Below are positions 21,252 through 34,684 of a stretch of 64,000 bases of DNA, piece after piece. The stretch comes from Escherichia coli. Its GTDB lineage: Bacteria > Pseudomonadota > Gammaproteobacteria > Enterobacterales > Enterobacteriaceae. Position numbers and translations under genes: made by a program. The stretch lies in NCBI RefSeq assembly GCF_003334815.1, contig NZ_QOWO01000017.1; one strand, 5' to 3'. Positions within the stretch are counted from its first letter, which is position 1; each line of letters opens with the position of its first letter. Under the pieces are notes generated by a model that ran no database searches, was not told the origin of the DNA, and saw only the letters and a list, made by a program, of their open reading frames with translations.

Positions 21252-23368
21252 CGCAGGAAACGATGGATTACCACGCGCTGAATGCGATGCTTAACCTCTA
21301 CGATAGCGCAGGTCGCATTCAGTTCGATAAAGACCGCCAGGCCGTTGACGCCTTTATTGCGACGCATGTGCGTCCGAACAGTGTGACCTTCAGTAGCCAG
21401 CAGCAGCGCCTGAACTGGCTGGTCAACGAAGGTTACTATGATGAAAGCGTTCTTAATCGCTACTCTCGCGACTTTGTCATTACGCTGTTTGCCCACGCAC
21501 ACACCAGCGGTTTTCGTTTCCAGACATTCCTCGGGGCATGGAAGTTTTACACCAGCTATACGTTGAAGACATTCGACGGTAAACGTTATCTGGAAGATTT
21601 TGCCGATCGAGTAACGATGGTGGCGCTGACGCTGGCACAAGGCGATGAGACGCTGGCGTTGCAACTGACCGATGAAATGCTGTCAGGACGCTTTCAGCCA
21701 GCCACGCCAACATTCCTCAACTGCGGTAAGCAGCAGCGCGGCGAACTGGTTTCCTGTTTTTTGCTGCGTATTGAAGACAATATGGAGTCGATTGGTCGGG
21801 CGGTAAATTCCGCACTGCAGCTGTCGAAACGCGGCGGCGGCGTAGCATTTTTGCTGTCGAATCTGCGAGAAGCGGGCGCGCCAATTAAACGTATTGAAAA
21901 TCAATCTTCTGGCGTAATTCCGGTGATGAAAATGCTGGAAGACGCATTTTCCTATGCCAACCAACTCGGCGCTCGTCAGGGGGCTGGTGCAGTCTATTTA
22001 CATGCTCATCATCCCGATATTCTGCGTTTTCTCGACACGAAACGGGAAAATGCCGACGAAAAAATCCGCATTAAAACACTGTCGCTTGGCGTGGTGATCC
22101 CGGATATCACTTTCCATCTGGCAAAAGAGAATGCGCAGATGGCGCTGTTTTCGCCTTATGACGTAGAGCGAGTTTATGGCAAGCCGTTTGCCGATGTGGC
22201 CATCAGCCAACACTATGACGAACTGGTTGCCGATGAACGCATTCGCAAAAAATACCTCAACGCCCGTGATTTCTTCCAGCGACTGGCAGAAATCCAGTTT
22301 GAGTCCGGCTATCCCTACATCATGTATGAAGACACGGTAAACCGTGCTAACCCTATCGCCGGGCGCATAAATATGAGTAATCTCTGCTCAGAAATTTTGC
22401 AGGTTAACAGCGCCTCAGAGTATGACGAGAATCTCGACTATACCCGCACAGGCCATGATATTTCCTGCAATTTAGGTTCGTTGAATATTGCGCACACCAT
22501 GGATTCCCCCGATTTTGCCCGCACGGTAGAGACTGCCGTGCGCGGTTTAACGGCAGTATCAGATATGAGTCATATCCGCAGCGTGCCGTCCATCGAAGCC
22601 GGAAATGCCGCCTCGCACGCCATCGGACTGGGGCAGATGAATTTACACGGCTATCTGGCGCGAGAAGGCATCGCTTATGGTTCGCCGGAAGCACTGGATT
22701 TCACCAATCTCTATTTCTATGCCATCACCTGGCATGCACTGCGTACCTCGATGTTGCTGGCACGCGAACGCGGTGAAACCTTCGCCGGGTTCAAACAGTC
22801 ACGCTATGCCAGTGGTGAATATTTTAGCCAATATCTGCAAGGGAACTGGCAGCCGAAAACGGCGAAAGTTGGCGAACTGTTTACCCGTAGCGGTATTACG
22901 TTACCTACCCGTGAGATGTGGGCGCAGCTGCGCGACGACGTGATGCGCTACGGCATATACAACCAGAATCTTCAGGCGGTGCCGCCAACCGGTTCTATCT
23001 CTTATATCAACCATGCTACGTCGAGTATTCATCCGATTGTGGCGAAAGTAGAGATACGCAAAGAGGGCAAAACAGGACGCGTTTACTACCCTGCCCCGTT
23101 TATGACTAACGAGAATCTGGCGCTGTATCAGGACGCTTACGAAATTGGCGCAGAAAAGATCATCGACACCTACGCGGAAGCGACTCGCCATGTCGATCAG
23201 GGGCTGTCGCTGACGCTTTTTTTCCCCGATACCGCCACCACTCGCGATATCAACAAAGCGCAGATTTACGCCTGGCGCAAGGGTATCAAAACGCTCTATT
23301 ACATCCGCCTGCGTCAGATGGCGCTGGAAGGCACTGAAATTGAAGGCTGCGTCTCCTGTGCACTTTAA
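21224..23368 (+). CDS. nrdE: Class Ib ribonucleotide reductase alpha subunit
   Basis: 714 aa; start overlaps nrdI 3' end. Confidence 0.95.
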
Positions 23369-24337
<969 letters not shown>

Positions 24338-24690
24338 GGGTGTTATTTTCAAAAATATCACTACCCGCAGCAGGGAAATAATTCCCGCCAAATAGCTTTT
24401 TATCACGCAAATAATTTGTGGTGATCTACACTGATACTCTGTTGCATTATTCGCCTGAAACCACAATATTCAGGCGTTTTTTCGCTATCTTTGACAAAAA
24501 ATATCAACTTTCTCGATTTGCTCTCAGCCCTTATATCACGGGAAATTCCGGCGATTTGCTCGCATCAATATTCATGCCACATTTGCCATCAGGGGTTGCC
24601 TCAGATTCTCAGTATGTTAGGGTAGAAAAAAGTGACTATTTCCATTGGGTAATATATCGACATAGACAAATAAAGGAATCTTTCTATTGC
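24338..24690 (+). promoter_or_regulatory. proU (proVWX) upstream regulatory region, osmoregulated; individual promoter elements not mapped
   Basis: AT-rich non-coding stretch upstream of proV ATG 24691; position only. Confidence 0.4.
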
Positions 24691-25893
24691 ATGGCAATTA
24701 AATTAGAAATTAAAAATCTTTATAAAATATTTGGCGAGCATCCACAGCGAGCGTTCAAATATATCGAACAAGGACTTTCAAAAGAACAAATTCTGGAAAA
24801 AACTGGGCTATCGCTTGGCGTAAAAGACGCCAGTCTGGCCATTGAAGAAGGCGAGATATTTGTCATCATGGGATTATCCGGCTCGGGTAAATCCACAATG
24901 GTACGCCTTCTCAATCGCCTGATTGAACCCACCCGCGGGCAAGTGCTGATTGATGGTGTGGATATTGCCAAAATATCCGACGCCGAACTCCGTGAGGTGC
25001 GCAGAAAAAAGATTGCGATGGTCTTCCAGTCCTTTGCCTTAATGCCGCATATGACCGTGCTGGACAATACTGCGTTCGGTATGGAATTGGCCGGAATTAA
25101 TGCCGAAGAACGCCGGGAAAAAGCCCTTGATGCACTGCGTCAGGTCGGGCTGGAAAATTATGCCCACAGCTACCCGGATGAACTCTCTGGCGGGATGCGT
25201 CAACGTGTGGGATTAGCCCGCGCGTTAGCGATTAATCCGGATATATTATTAATGGACGAAGCCTTCTCGGCGCTCGATCCATTAATTCGCACCGAGATGC
25301 AGGATGAGCTGGTAAAATTACAGGCGAAACATCAGCGCACCATTGTCTTTATTTCCCACGATCTTGATGAAGCCATGCGTATTGGCGACCGAATTGCCAT
25401 TATGCAAAATGGTGAAGTGGTACAGGTCGGCACACCGGATGAAATTCTCAATAATCCGGCGAATGATTATGTCCGTACCTTCTTCCGTGGCGTTGATATT
25501 AGTCAGGTATTCAGTGCGAAAGATATTGCCCGCCGGACACCGAATGGCTTAATTCGTAAAACCCCTGGCTTCGGCCCACGTTCGGCACTGAAATTATTGC
25601 AGGATGAAGATCGCGAATATGGCTACGTTATCGAACGCGGTAATAAGTTTGTCGGCGCAGTCTCCATCGATTCGCTTAAAACCGCGTTAACGCAGCAGCA
25701 AGGTCTTGATGCGGCGCTGATTGATGCGCCGTTAGCAGTCGATGCACAAACGCCTCTTAGCGAGTTGCTCTCTCATGTCGGACAGGCACCCTGTGCGGTG
25801 CCCGTGGTCGACGAGGACCAACAGTATGTCGGCATCATTTCGAAAGGAATGCTGCTGCGCGCTTTAGATCGTGAGGGGGTAAATAATGGCTGA
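24691..25893 (+). CDS. proV: Glycine betaine/proline ABC transporter ATP-binding protein (tandem CBS domains)
   Basis: N-terminus [19 protein letters not shown], 400 aa; Walker [10 protein letters not shown]. Confidence 0.95.
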   Translation: MAIKLEIKNLYKIFGEHPQRAFKYIEQGLSKEQILEKTGLSLGVKDASLAIEEGEIFVIMGLSGSGKSTMVRLLNRLIEPTRGQVLIDGVDIAKISDAELREVRRKKIAMVFQSFALMPHMTVLDNTAFGMELAGINAEERREKALDALRQVGLENYAHSYPDELSGGMRQRVGLARALAINPDILLMDEAFSALDPLIRTEMQDELVKLQAKHQRTIVFISHDLDEAMRIGDRIAIMQNGEVVQVGTPDEILNNPANDYVRTFFRGVDISQVFSAKDIARRTPNGLIRKTPGFGPRSALKLLQDEDREYGYVIERGNKFVGAVSIDSLKTALTQQQGLDAALIDAPLAVDAQTPLSELLSHVGQAPCAVPVVDEDQQYVGIISKGMLLRALDREGVNNG

Positions 25894-26950
25894 TCAAAAT
25901 AATCCGTGGGATACCACGCCAGCGGCGGACAGTGCCGCGCAATCCGCAGACGCCTGGGGTACACCGACGACTGCACCGACTGACGGCGGTGGTGCTGACT
26001 GGCTGACCAGTACGCCTGCGCCAAACGTCGAGCATTTTAATATTCTCGATCCGTTCCATAAAACGCTGATCCCGCTCGACAGTTGGGTCACTGAAGGGAT
26101 CGACTGGGTCGTTACCCATTTCCGTCCCGTCTTCCAGGGCGTGCGCGTTCCGGTTGATTATATCCTCAACGGTTTCCAGCAATTGCTGCTGGGTATGCCC
26201 GCACCGGTGGCGATTATCGTTTTCGCTCTCATCGCCTGGCAGATTTCCGGGGTCGGAATGGGTGTGGCGACGCTGGTTTCGCTGATTGCCATCGGCGCAA
26301 TCGGTGCCTGGTCGCAGGCAATGGTGACTCTGGCGCTGGTGTTAACCGCCCTGCTGTTCTGTATCGTCATCGGTTTGCCGTTGGGGATATGGCTGGCGAG
26401 AAGTCCGCGAGCGGCGAAAATTATTCGTCCACTGCTTGATGCCATGCAGACCACGCCAGCGTTTGTTTATCTGGTGCCAATCGTCATGCTATTTGGTATC
26501 GGTAACGTGCCGGGCGTGGTGGTGACGATCATCTTTGCTCTGCCGCCGATTATCCGTCTGACCATTCTGGGGATTAACCAGGTTCCGGCGGATCTGATTG
26601 AAGCCTCGCGCTCATTCGGTGCCAGCCCGCGCCAGATGCTGTTCAAAGTTCAGTTACCGCTGGCGATGCCGACCATTATGGCGGGCGTTAACCAGACGCT
26701 GATGCTGGCCCTTTCTATGGTGGTCATCGCCTCGATGATTGCCGTCGGCGGGTTGGGTCAGATGGTACTTCGCGGTATCGGTCGTCTGGATATGGGGCTT
26801 GCCACCGTTGGCGGCGTCGGGATTGTGATCCTCGCCATTATCCTCGATCGTCTGACGCAGGCCGTTGGGCGCGACTCACGCAGTCGCGGCAACCGTCGCT
26901 GGTACACCACTGGCCCTGTTGGTCTGCTGACCCGCCCATTCATTAAGTAG
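25886..26950 (+). CDS. proW: Glycine betaine/proline ABC transporter permease
   Basis: 354 aa; overlaps proV stop. Confidence 0.95.
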   Translation: MADQNNPWDTTPAADSAAQSADAWGTPTTAPTDGGGADWLTSTPAPNVEHFNILDPFHKTLIPLDSWVTEGIDWVVTHFRPVFQGVRVPVDYILNGFQQLLLGMPAPVAIIVFALIAWQISGVGMGVATLVSLIAIGAIGAWSQAMVTLALVLTALLFCIVIGLPLGIWLARSPRAAKIIRPLLDAMQTTPAFVYLVPIVMLFGIGNVPGVVVTIIFALPPIIRLTILGINQVPADLIEASRSFGASPRQMLFKVQLPLAMPTIMAGVNQTLMLALSMVVIASMIAVGGLGQMVLRGIGRLDMGLATVGGVGIVILAIILDRLTQAVGRDSRSRGNRRWYTTGPVGLLTRPFIK

Positions 26951-27007
26951 CTCTGCACTTGCCCGGTGACGCCGGGCATTATCACCCTGCCAAAAAAAGG
27001 AATAACA

Positions 27008-28000
27008 ATGCGACATAGCGTACTTTTTGCGACAGCGTTTGCCACGCTTATCTCTACACAAACTTTTGCTGCCGATCTGCCGGGCAAAGGCATTACTGTT
27101 AATCCAGTTCAGAGCACCATCACTGAAGAAACCTTCCAGACGCTGCTGGTCAGTCGTGCGCTGGAGAAATTAGGTTATACCGTCAACAAACCCAGCGAAG
27201 TAGATTACAACGTTGGCTACACCTCGCTTGCTTCCGGCGATGCAACCTTCACCGCCGTGAACTGGACGCCACTGCATGACAACATGTACGAAGCTGCCGG
27301 TGGCGATAAGAAATTTTATCGTGAAGGGGTATTTGTTAACGGCGCGGCACAGGGTTACCTGATCGATAAGAAAACCGCCGACCAGTACAAAATCACCAAC
27401 ATCGCACAACTGAAAGATCCGAAGATCGCCAAACTGTTCGATACCAACGGCGACGGAAAAGCGGATTTAACCGGTTGTAACCCTGGCTGGGGCTGCGAAG
27501 GTGCGATCAACCACCAGCTTGCCGCGTATGAACTGACCAACACCGTGACGCATAATCAGGGGAACTACGCAGCGATGATGGCCGACACCATCAGTCGCTA
27601 CAAAGAGGGCAAACCGGTGTTTTATTACACCTGGACGCCGTACTGGGTGAGTAACGAACTGAAGCCGGGCAAAGATGTCGTCTGGTTGCAGGTGCCGTTC
27701 TCCGCACTGCCGGGCGATAAAAACGCCGATACCAAACTGCCGAATGGTGCGAATTATGGCTTCCCGGTCAGCACCATGCATATCGTTGCCAACAAAGCCT
27801 GGGCCGAGAAAAACCCGGCAGCAGCGAAACTGTTTGCCATTATGCAGTTGCCAGTGGCAGATATTAACGCCCAGAACGCCATTATGCATGACGGCAAAGC
27901 CTCAGAAGGCGATATTCAGGGACACGTTGATGGTTGGATCAAAGCCCACCAGCAGCAGTTCGATGGCTGGGTGAATGAGGCGCTGGCAGCGCAGAAGTAA
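27008..28000 (+). CDS. proX: Glycine betaine-binding periplasmic protein
   Basis: N-terminus [21 protein letters not shown] (signal peptide), 330 aa. Confidence 0.95.
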
Positions 28001-28008
28001 TTTTTATT

Positions 28009-28090
28009 CGGGCGGATAAGGCGTTTTTGCCGCATCCGCCGTTCTGTGCACAATGCCTGATGCGACGCTGGCGCGTCTTATCATGCCTAT
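28009..28090. repeat. REP palindromic element(s) after proX
   Basis: GGCGGATAAGGCGTTTTTGCCGCATCCGCC and CCTGATGCGACGCTGGCGCGTCTTATCATGCCTA. Confidence 0.55.
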
Positions 28091-28191
28091 AAACCACATC
28101 GCACATTTCAACAATCTATCTTTCATCCCATATTCATCAACATCCGCTATTATTGATTTCCAGCTTAATCATCACCTGATGAACAAAAATA

Positions 28192-29376
28192 ATGACTAAA
28201 CCTAATCATGAGCTTAGCCCGGCGCTGATCGTGCTGATGTCTATCGCCACCGGTCTGGCGGTAGCCAGTAACTATTACGCCCAGCCATTGCTCGACACCA
28301 TCGCGCGTAACTTTTCCCTTTCCGCCAGTTCGGCAGGCTTTATTGTTACCGCCGCGCAGTTGGGCTATGCCGCAGGTCTACTGTTTCTTGTTCCCCTCGG
28401 TGATATGTTTGAACGCCGCCGCCTGATTGTCTCGATGACCTTACTGGCGGCATGCGGCATGTTGATTACCGCCAGCAGTCAGTCGCTGGCGATGATGATC
28501 CTCGGTACGGCATTAACCGGTTTATTCTCAGTCGTGGCACAAATTCTGGTTCCGCTGGCAGCGACGCTGGCTTCACCGGATAAACGCGGCAAAGTGGTTG
28601 GCACTATTATGAGCGGTCTGCTGTTGGGGATCTTGCTGGCACGGACAGTTGCCGGATTGCTGGCGAATCTCGGCGGCTGGCGCACCGTCTTTTGGGTTGC
28701 TTCGGTGTTAATGGCACTGATGGCGCTGGCATTATGGCGTGGTCTGCCACAAATGAAATCAGAAACCCACCTCAACTACCCACAGTTGTTGGGTTCCGTT
28801 TTCAGTATGTTTATCAGCGATAAAATTCTGCGTACCCGCGCGTTGCTGGGCTGCCTGACCTTTGCCAATTTCAGCATTCTCTGGACCTCAATGGCCTTTT
28901 TGCTTGCCGCTCCACCTTTTAACTACAGCGATGGTGTCATTGGTCTGTTTGGACTTGCGGGAGCTGCCGGAGCGTTGGGCGCTCGTCCGGCGGGCGGTTT
29001 TGCCGATAAGGGCAAATCGCACCACACCACAACTTTCGGTCTGCTGCTGCTATTACTTTCATGGCTGGCGATCTGGTTTGGTCACACTTCCGTACTGGCG
29101 TTGATTATCGGAATCCTGGTGCTGGATCTCACCGTGCAGGGCGTGCATATCACTAACCAGACGGTAATTTATCGGATACATCCTGATGCGCGCAATCGCC
29201 TGACCGCAGGTTACATGACTAGCTACTTTATTGGCGGTGCCGCCGGTTCGCTAATTTCAGCCTCAGCCTGGCAACATGGCGGTTGGGCTGGCGTTTGTCT
29301 GGCTGGCGCGACGATTGCCCTGGTTAACTTACTGGTCTGGTGGCGAGGTTTTCATCGTCAGGAAGCCGCAAATTAA
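28192..29376 (+). CDS. ygaY: MFS-family transporter, uninterrupted 394-aa ORF
   Basis: Multi-TM hydrophobic profile; synteny between proX and ygaZ. Confidence 0.75.
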   Translation: MTKPNHELSPALIVLMSIATGLAVASNYYAQPLLDTIARNFSLSASSAGFIVTAAQLGYAAGLLFLVPLGDMFERRRLIVSMTLLAACGMLITASSQSLAMMILGTALTGLFSVVAQILVPLAATLASPDKRGKVVGTIMSGLLLGILLARTVAGLLANLGGWRTVFWVASVLMALMALALWRGLPQMKSETHLNYPQLLGSVFSMFISDKILRTRALLGCLTFANFSILWTSMAFLLAAPPFNYSDGVIGLFGLAGAAGALGARPAGGFADKGKSHHTTTFGLLLLLLSWLAIWFGHTSVLALIIGILVLDLTVQGVHITNQTVIYRIHPDARNRLTAGYMTSYFIGGAAGSLISASAWQHGGWAGVCLAGATIALVNLLVWWRGFHRQEAAN

Positions 29377-29499
29377 GCAATCAGCAACCGTTTTCGTGGC
29401 TTTACACTTATAAGGGTGTTAAGAAGCCCATCAGTCTGATAAGGTTAAGATATTCATTCAGTCTATTTATAATATTAACAATCGTTAAGCGTACACTCT

Positions 29500-30237
29500 A
29501 TGGAAAGCCCTACTCCACAGCCTGCTCCTGGTTCGGCGACCTTCATGGAAGGATGCAAAGACAGTTTACCGATTGTTATTAGTTATATTCCGGTGGCCTT
29601 TGCGTTCGGTCTGAATGCGACCCGTCTGGGATTCTCTCCTCTCGAAAGCGTTTTTTTCTCCTGCATCATTTATGCAGGCGCGAGCCAGTTCGTCATTACC
29701 GCGATGCTGGCAGCCGGGAGTAGTTTGTGGATTGCTGCACTGACCGTCATGGCAATGGATGTTCGCCATGTGTTGTATGGCCCGTCACTGCGTAGCCGTA
29801 TTATTCAGCGTCTGCAAAAATCGAAAACCGCCCTGTGGGCGTTTGGCCTGACGGATGAGGTTTTTGCCGCCGCAACCGCAAAACTGGTACGCAATAATCG
29901 CCGCTGGAGCGAGAACTGGATGATCGGCATTGCCTTCAGTTCATGGTCATCGTGGGTATTTGGTACGGTAATAGGGGCATTCTCCGGCAGCGGCTTGCTG
30001 CAAGGTTATCCCGCCGTTGAAGCTGCATTAGGTTTTATGCTTCCGGCACTCTTTATGAGTTTCCTGCTCGCCTCTTTCCAGCGCAAACAATCTCTTTGCG
30101 TTACCGCAGCGTTAGTTGGTGCCCTTGCAGGCGTAACGCTATTTTCTATTCCCGTCGCCATTCTGGCAGGCATTGTCTGTGGCTGCCTCACTGCGTTAAT
30201 CCAGGCATTCTGGCAAGGAGCGCCCGATGAGCTATGA
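29500..30237 (+). CDS. ygaZ: AzlC-family branched-chain amino acid (L-valine) exporter subunit
   Basis: 245 aa membrane protein. Confidence 0.85.
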
Positions 30238-30562
30238 GGTTCTGCTGCTTGGGTTACTAGTTGGCGTGGCGAATTATTGCTTCCGCTATTTGCCGCTGCG
30301 CCTGCGTGTGGGTAATGCCCGCCCAACCAAACGTGGCGCGGTAGGTATTTTGCTCGACACCATTGGCATCGCCTCGATATGCGCTCTGCTGGTTGTCTCT
30401 ACCGCACCAGAAGTGATGCACGATACACGCCGTTTCGTGCCCACGCTGGTCGGCTTCGCGGTACTGGGTGCCAGTTTCTATAAAACACGCAGCATTATCA
30501 TCCCAACACTGCTTAGTGCGCTGGCCTATGGGCTCGCCTGGAAAGTGATGGCGATTATATAA
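30227..30562 (+). CDS. ygaH: AzlD-family L-valine exporter subunit
   Basis: 111 aa; overlaps ygaZ 3' end. Confidence 0.85.
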
Positions 30563-30652
30563 CCCACAAGAATCATTTTTCTAAAACAATACATTTACTT
30601 TATTTGTCACTGTCGTTACTATATCGGCTGAAATTAATGAGGTCATACCCAA

Positions 30653-31183
30653 ATGGATAGTTCGTTTACGCCCATTGAACAAATGCTAAAATTTCGCGCC
30701 AGCCGCCACGAAGATTTTCCTTATCAGGAGATCCTTCTGACTCGTCTTTGCATGCACATGCAAAGCAAGCTGCTGGAGAACCGCAATAAAATGCTGAAGG
30801 CTCAGGGGATTAACGAGACGTTGTTTATGGCGTTGATTACGCTGGAGTCTCAGGAAAACCACAGTATTCAGCCTTCTGAATTAAGTTGTGCTCTTGGATC
30901 ATCCCGTACCAACGCGACGCGTATTGCCGATGAACTGGAAAAACGCGGTTGGATCGAACGTCGTGAAAGCGATAACGATCGCCGCTGCCTGCATCTGCAA
31001 TTAACGGAAAAAGGTCACGAGTTTTTGCGCGAGGTTTTACCACCGCAGCATAACTGCCTGCATCAACTCTGGTCCGCGCTCAGCACAACAGAAAAAGATC
31101 AGCTCGAGCAAATCACCCGCAAATTGCTCTCCCGTCTCGATCAGATGGAACAAGACGGTGTGGTTCTCGAAGCGATGAGCTAA
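30653..31183 (+). CDS. mprA: MarR-family repressor MprA/EmrR
   Basis: 176 aa; first gene of mprA-emrAB operon. Confidence 0.9.
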
Positions 31184-31230
31184 CGCGTCATCTCGCTCAA
31201 AAATCCAGATTTATAAAAGAAAAAATGACT

Positions 31231-31259
31231 GGCCAGCATCGCAACATGCTGGCCTTTTT
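31231..31259 (+). terminator. Hairpin plus T-run between mprA and emrA (possible intra-operon attenuator)
   Basis: GGCCAGCATCGCAACATGCTGGCC followed by TTTTT. Confidence 0.5.
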
Positions 31260-31309
31260 GGCAAGCAGGTCGGCTCAGCCGATGAGTTAAGAAGATCGTG
31301 GAGAACAAT

Positions 31310-32482
31310 ATGAGCGCAAATGCGGAGACTCAAACCCCGCAGCAACCGGTAAAGAAGAGCGGCAAACGTAAGCGTCTGCTCCTCCTTCTCACCTTGCTCT
31401 TTATAATTATTGCCGTAGCGATAGGGATTTATTGGTTTTTGGTACTGCGTCACTTCGAAGAAACCGATGACGCATACGTGGCAGGGAATCAAATTCAAAT
31501 TATGTCTCAGGTGTCTGGCAGCGTGACGAAAGTCTGGGCCGATAACACCGATTTTGTAAAAGAAGGCGACGTGCTGGTCACTCTCGACCCGACAGATGCT
31601 CGCCAGGCGTTTGAAAAAGCCAAAACTGCACTGGCTTCCAGCGTTCGCCAAACCCACCAGCTGATGATTAACAGCAAGCAGTTGCAGGCGAATATTGAGG
31701 TGCAGAAAATCGCCCTCGCGAAAGCACAAAGCGACTACAACCGCCGTGTGCCGCTGGGCAATGCCAACCTGATTGGTCGCGAAGAGCTGCAACACGCCCG
31801 CGACGCCGTCACCAGTGCCCAGGCGCAACTGGACGTCGCGATTCAACAATACAATGCCAATCAGGCGATGATTCTGGGGACTAAACTGGAAGATCAGCCA
31901 GCCGTGCAACAGGCTGCCACCGAAGTACGTAACGCCTGGCTGGCGCTGGAGCGTACTCGTATTATCAGTCCGATGACCGGTTATGTCTCCCGCCGCGCGG
32001 TACAGCCTGGGGCGCAAATTAGCCCAACGACGCCGCTGATGGCGGTCGTTCCAGCCACCAATATGTGGGTGGATGCCAACTTTAAAGAGACGCAGATTGC
32101 CAATATGCGTATCGGTCAGCCGGTCACTATCACCACGGATATTTACGGCGATGATGTGAAATACACCGGTAAAGTGGTTGGTCTGGATATGGGCACAGGT
32201 AGCGCGTTCTCACTGCTTCCAGCGCAAAATGCGACCGGTAACTGGATCAAAGTCGTTCAGCGTCTGCCTGTGCGTATCGAACTGGACCAGAAACAGCTGG
32301 AGCAATATCCGCTGCGTATCGGTTTGTCCACGCTGGTGAGCGTCAATACCACTAACCGTGACGGTCAGGTACTGGCAAATAAAGTACGTTCCACTCCGGT
32401 AGCGGTAAGCACCGCGCGTGAAATCAGCCTGGCACCTGTCAATAAACTGATCGACGATATCGTAAAAGCTAACGCTGGCTAA
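31310..32482 (+). CDS. emrA: Multidrug efflux membrane fusion protein EmrA
   Basis: N-terminus MSANAETQTPQQPVKKSGKRKR, 390 aa. Confidence 0.9.
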   Translation: MSANAETQTPQQPVKKSGKRKRLLLLLTLLFIIIAVAIGIYWFLVLRHFEETDDAYVAGNQIQIMSQVSGSVTKVWADNTDFVKEGDVLVTLDPTDARQAFEKAKTALASSVRQTHQLMINSKQLQANIEVQKIALAKAQSDYNRRVPLGNANLIGREELQHARDAVTSAQAQLDVAIQQYNANQAMILGTKLEDQPAVQQAATEVRNAWLALERTRIISPMTGYVSRRAVQPGAQISPTTPLMAVVPATNMWVDANFKETQIANMRIGQPVTITTDIYGDDVKYTGKVVGLDMGTGSAFSLLPAQNATGNWIKVVQRLPVRIELDQKQLEQYPLRIGLSTLVSVNTTNRDGQVLANKVRSTPVAVSTAREISLAPVNKLIDDIVKANAG

Positions 32483-32498
32483 TCCAGAGGTGCGTGTG

Positions 32499-34037
32499 AT
32501 GCAACAGCAAAAACCGCTGGAAGGCGCGCAACTGGTCATTATGACGATTGCGCTGTCACTGGCGACATTCATGCAGGTGCTGGACTCCACCATTGCTAAC
32601 GTGGCGATCCCCACTATCGCCGGGAATCTGGGCTCATCGCTCAGCCAGGGAACGTGGGTAATCACTTCTTTCGGGGTGGCGAATGCCATCTCGATCCCGC
32701 TTACCGGCTGGCTGGCAAAGCGCGTCGGGGAAGTGAAACTGTTCCTTTGGTCCACCATCGCCTTTGCTATTGCGTCGTGGGCGTGTGGTGTCTCCAGCAG
32801 CCTGAATATGCTGATCTTCTTCCGCGTGATTCAGGGGATTGTCGCCGGGCCGTTGATCCCGCTTTCGCAAAGTCTATTGCTGAATAACTACCCGCCAGCC
32901 AAACGCTCGATCGCGCTGGCGTTGTGGTCGATGACGGTGATTGTCGCGCCAATTTGCGGCCCGATCCTCGGCGGTTATATCAGCGATAATTACCACTGGG
33001 GCTGGATATTCTTCATCAACGTGCCGATTGGCGTGGCGGTGGTGTTGATGACACTGCAAACTCTGCGCGGACGTGAAACCCGCACCGAACGGCGGCGGAT
33101 TGATGCCGTGGGGCTGGCACTGCTGGTTATTGGTATCGGCAGCCTGCAGATTATGCTCGACCGCGGTAAAGAGCTGGACTGGTTTTCATCACAGGAAATT
33201 ATCATCCTTACCGTGGTGGCGGTGGTGGCTATCTGCTTCCTGATTGTCTGGGAGCTGACCGACGATAACCCGATAGTCGATCTGTCGTTGTTTAAGTCGC
33301 GCAACTTCACCATCGGCTGCTTGTGTATCAGCCTCGCGTATATGCTCTACTTCGGCGCTATTGTTCTGCTGCCGCAGTTGTTGCAGGAGGTCTACGGTTA
33401 CACGGCGACCTGGGCAGGTTTGGCCTCTGCGCCGGTAGGGATTATTCCGGTGATCCTGTCGCCGATTATCGGCCGCTTCGCGCATAAACTGGATATGCGG
33501 CGGCTGGTAACCTTCAGCTTTATTATGTATGCCGTCTGCTTCTACTGGCGTGCCTATACCTTTGAACCAGGTATGGATTTTGGCGCGTCGGCCTGGCCGC
33601 AGTTTATCCAGGGGTTTGCGGTGGCCTGCTTCTTTATGCCGCTGACCACCATTACGCTGTCTGGTTTGCCACCGGAACGACTGGCGGCGGCATCGAGCCT
33701 CTCTAACTTTACGCGAACGCTGGCGGGGTCTATCGGCACGTCGATAACCACGACCATGTGGACCAACCGCGAGTCGATGCACCATGCGCAGTTGACTGAG
33801 TCGGTAAACCCGTTCAACCCGAATGCCCAGGCGATGTACAGTCAACTGGAAGGGCTTGGGATGACGCAACAGCAGGCATCAGGCTGGATTGCCCAGCAGA
33901 TCACCAATCAGGGGCTGATTATTTCCGCCAATGAGATCTTCTGGATGTCAGCCGGGATATTCCTCGTCCTGCTGGGGCTGGTGTGGTTTGCTAAACCGCC
34001 ATTTGGCGCAGGTGGCGGCGGAGGCGGTGCGCACTAA
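32499..34037 (+). CDS. emrB: Multidrug efflux MFS transporter EmrB
   Basis: N-terminus MQQQKPLEGAQLVIMTIALSLATF, 512 aa. Confidence 0.9.
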   Translation: MQQQKPLEGAQLVIMTIALSLATFMQVLDSTIANVAIPTIAGNLGSSLSQGTWVITSFGVANAISIPLTGWLAKRVGEVKLFLWSTIAFAIASWACGVSSSLNMLIFFRVIQGIVAGPLIPLSQSLLLNNYPPAKRSIALALWSMTVIVAPICGPILGGYISDNYHWGWIFFINVPIGVAVVLMTLQTLRGRETRTERRRIDAVGLALLVIGIGSLQIMLDRGKELDWFSSQEIIILTVVAVVAICFLIVWELTDDNPIVDLSLFKSRNFTIGCLCISLAYMLYFGAIVLLPQLLQEVYGYTATWAGLASAPVGIIPVILSPIIGRFAHKLDMRRLVTFSFIMYAVCFYWRAYTFEPGMDFGASAWPQFIQGFAVACFFMPLTTITLSGLPPERLAAASSLSNFTRTLAGSIGTSITTTMWTNRESMHHAQLTESVNPFNPNAQAMYSQLEGLGMTQQQASGWIAQQITNQGLIISANEIFWMSAGIFLVLLGLVWFAKPPFGAGGGGGGAH

Positions 34038-34045
34038 GTACAACT

Positions 34046-34075
34046 AAGCCAGTTCATTTGAACTGGCTTTTTTCA
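34046..34075. terminator. Bidirectional hairpin terminator between convergent emrB and luxS
   Basis: AAGCCAGTTCA-TTT-GAACTGGCTT followed by TTTTTT. Confidence 0.6.
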
Positions 34076-34100
34076 ATTAATTGTGAAGATAGTTTACTGA

Positions 34101-34616
34101 CTAGATGTGCAGTTCCTGCAACTTCTCTTTCGGCAGTGCCAGTTCTTCGTTGCTGTTGATGCGTACGTCACGTTCCAGAATGCTACGCGCAATATCCTGC
34201 GCTTCCTGCAACGAGTGCATCTGGTAAGTGCCACACTGGTAGACGTTCAGTTCCGGGATCTGATTCTGATCCTGCACTTTCAGCACGTCTTCCATTGCCG
34301 CTTTCCAGGCATCAGCAACACGCTGCTCATCTGGCGTACCAATCAGACTCATATAAAAACCGGTGCGGCAGCCCATTGGCGAGATATCGATAATCTCTAC
34401 ACCATTACCGTTAAGATGGTTACGCATAAAACCAGCAAACAGGTGCTCCAGGGTATGGATCCCTCTTTCTGGCATCACTTCTTTGTTCGGCACGCAGAAG
34501 CGCAGATCGAACACGGTGATTGCGTCGCCATGCGGGGTGTTCATTGTTTTCGCCACCCGAACTGCAGGCGCTTCCATCCGGGTATGATCGACTGTGAAGC
34601 TATCTAACAACGGCAT
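34101..34616 (-). CDS. luxS: S-ribosylhomocysteine lyase (AI-2 synthase)
   Basis: 171 aa; HTLEH metal-binding motif. Confidence 0.95.
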
Positions 34617-34651
34617 TTAGCCACCTCCGGTAATTTTTTTAAAAATTTTCT

Positions 34652-34678
34652 GAACTCTTTCTTCCCAGGCGAGTCTGA
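34652..34678 (+). promoter_or_regulatory. Sigma-E-type promoter of micA
   Basis: -35 GAACTC (34652-34657), 16-nt spacer, -10 TCTGA (34674-34678), start at about 34685. Confidence 0.7.
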
Positions 34679-34684
34679 GTATAT

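Noticed and set aside
33990-34037. Gly-rich C-terminal tail of EmrB (GAGGGGGGAH) as a possible slippery or repeat-expansion site
   Set aside because: The codons are mixed GGT/GGC/GGA/GGC rather than a homopolymeric tract, so it is not an obvious phase-variation site.
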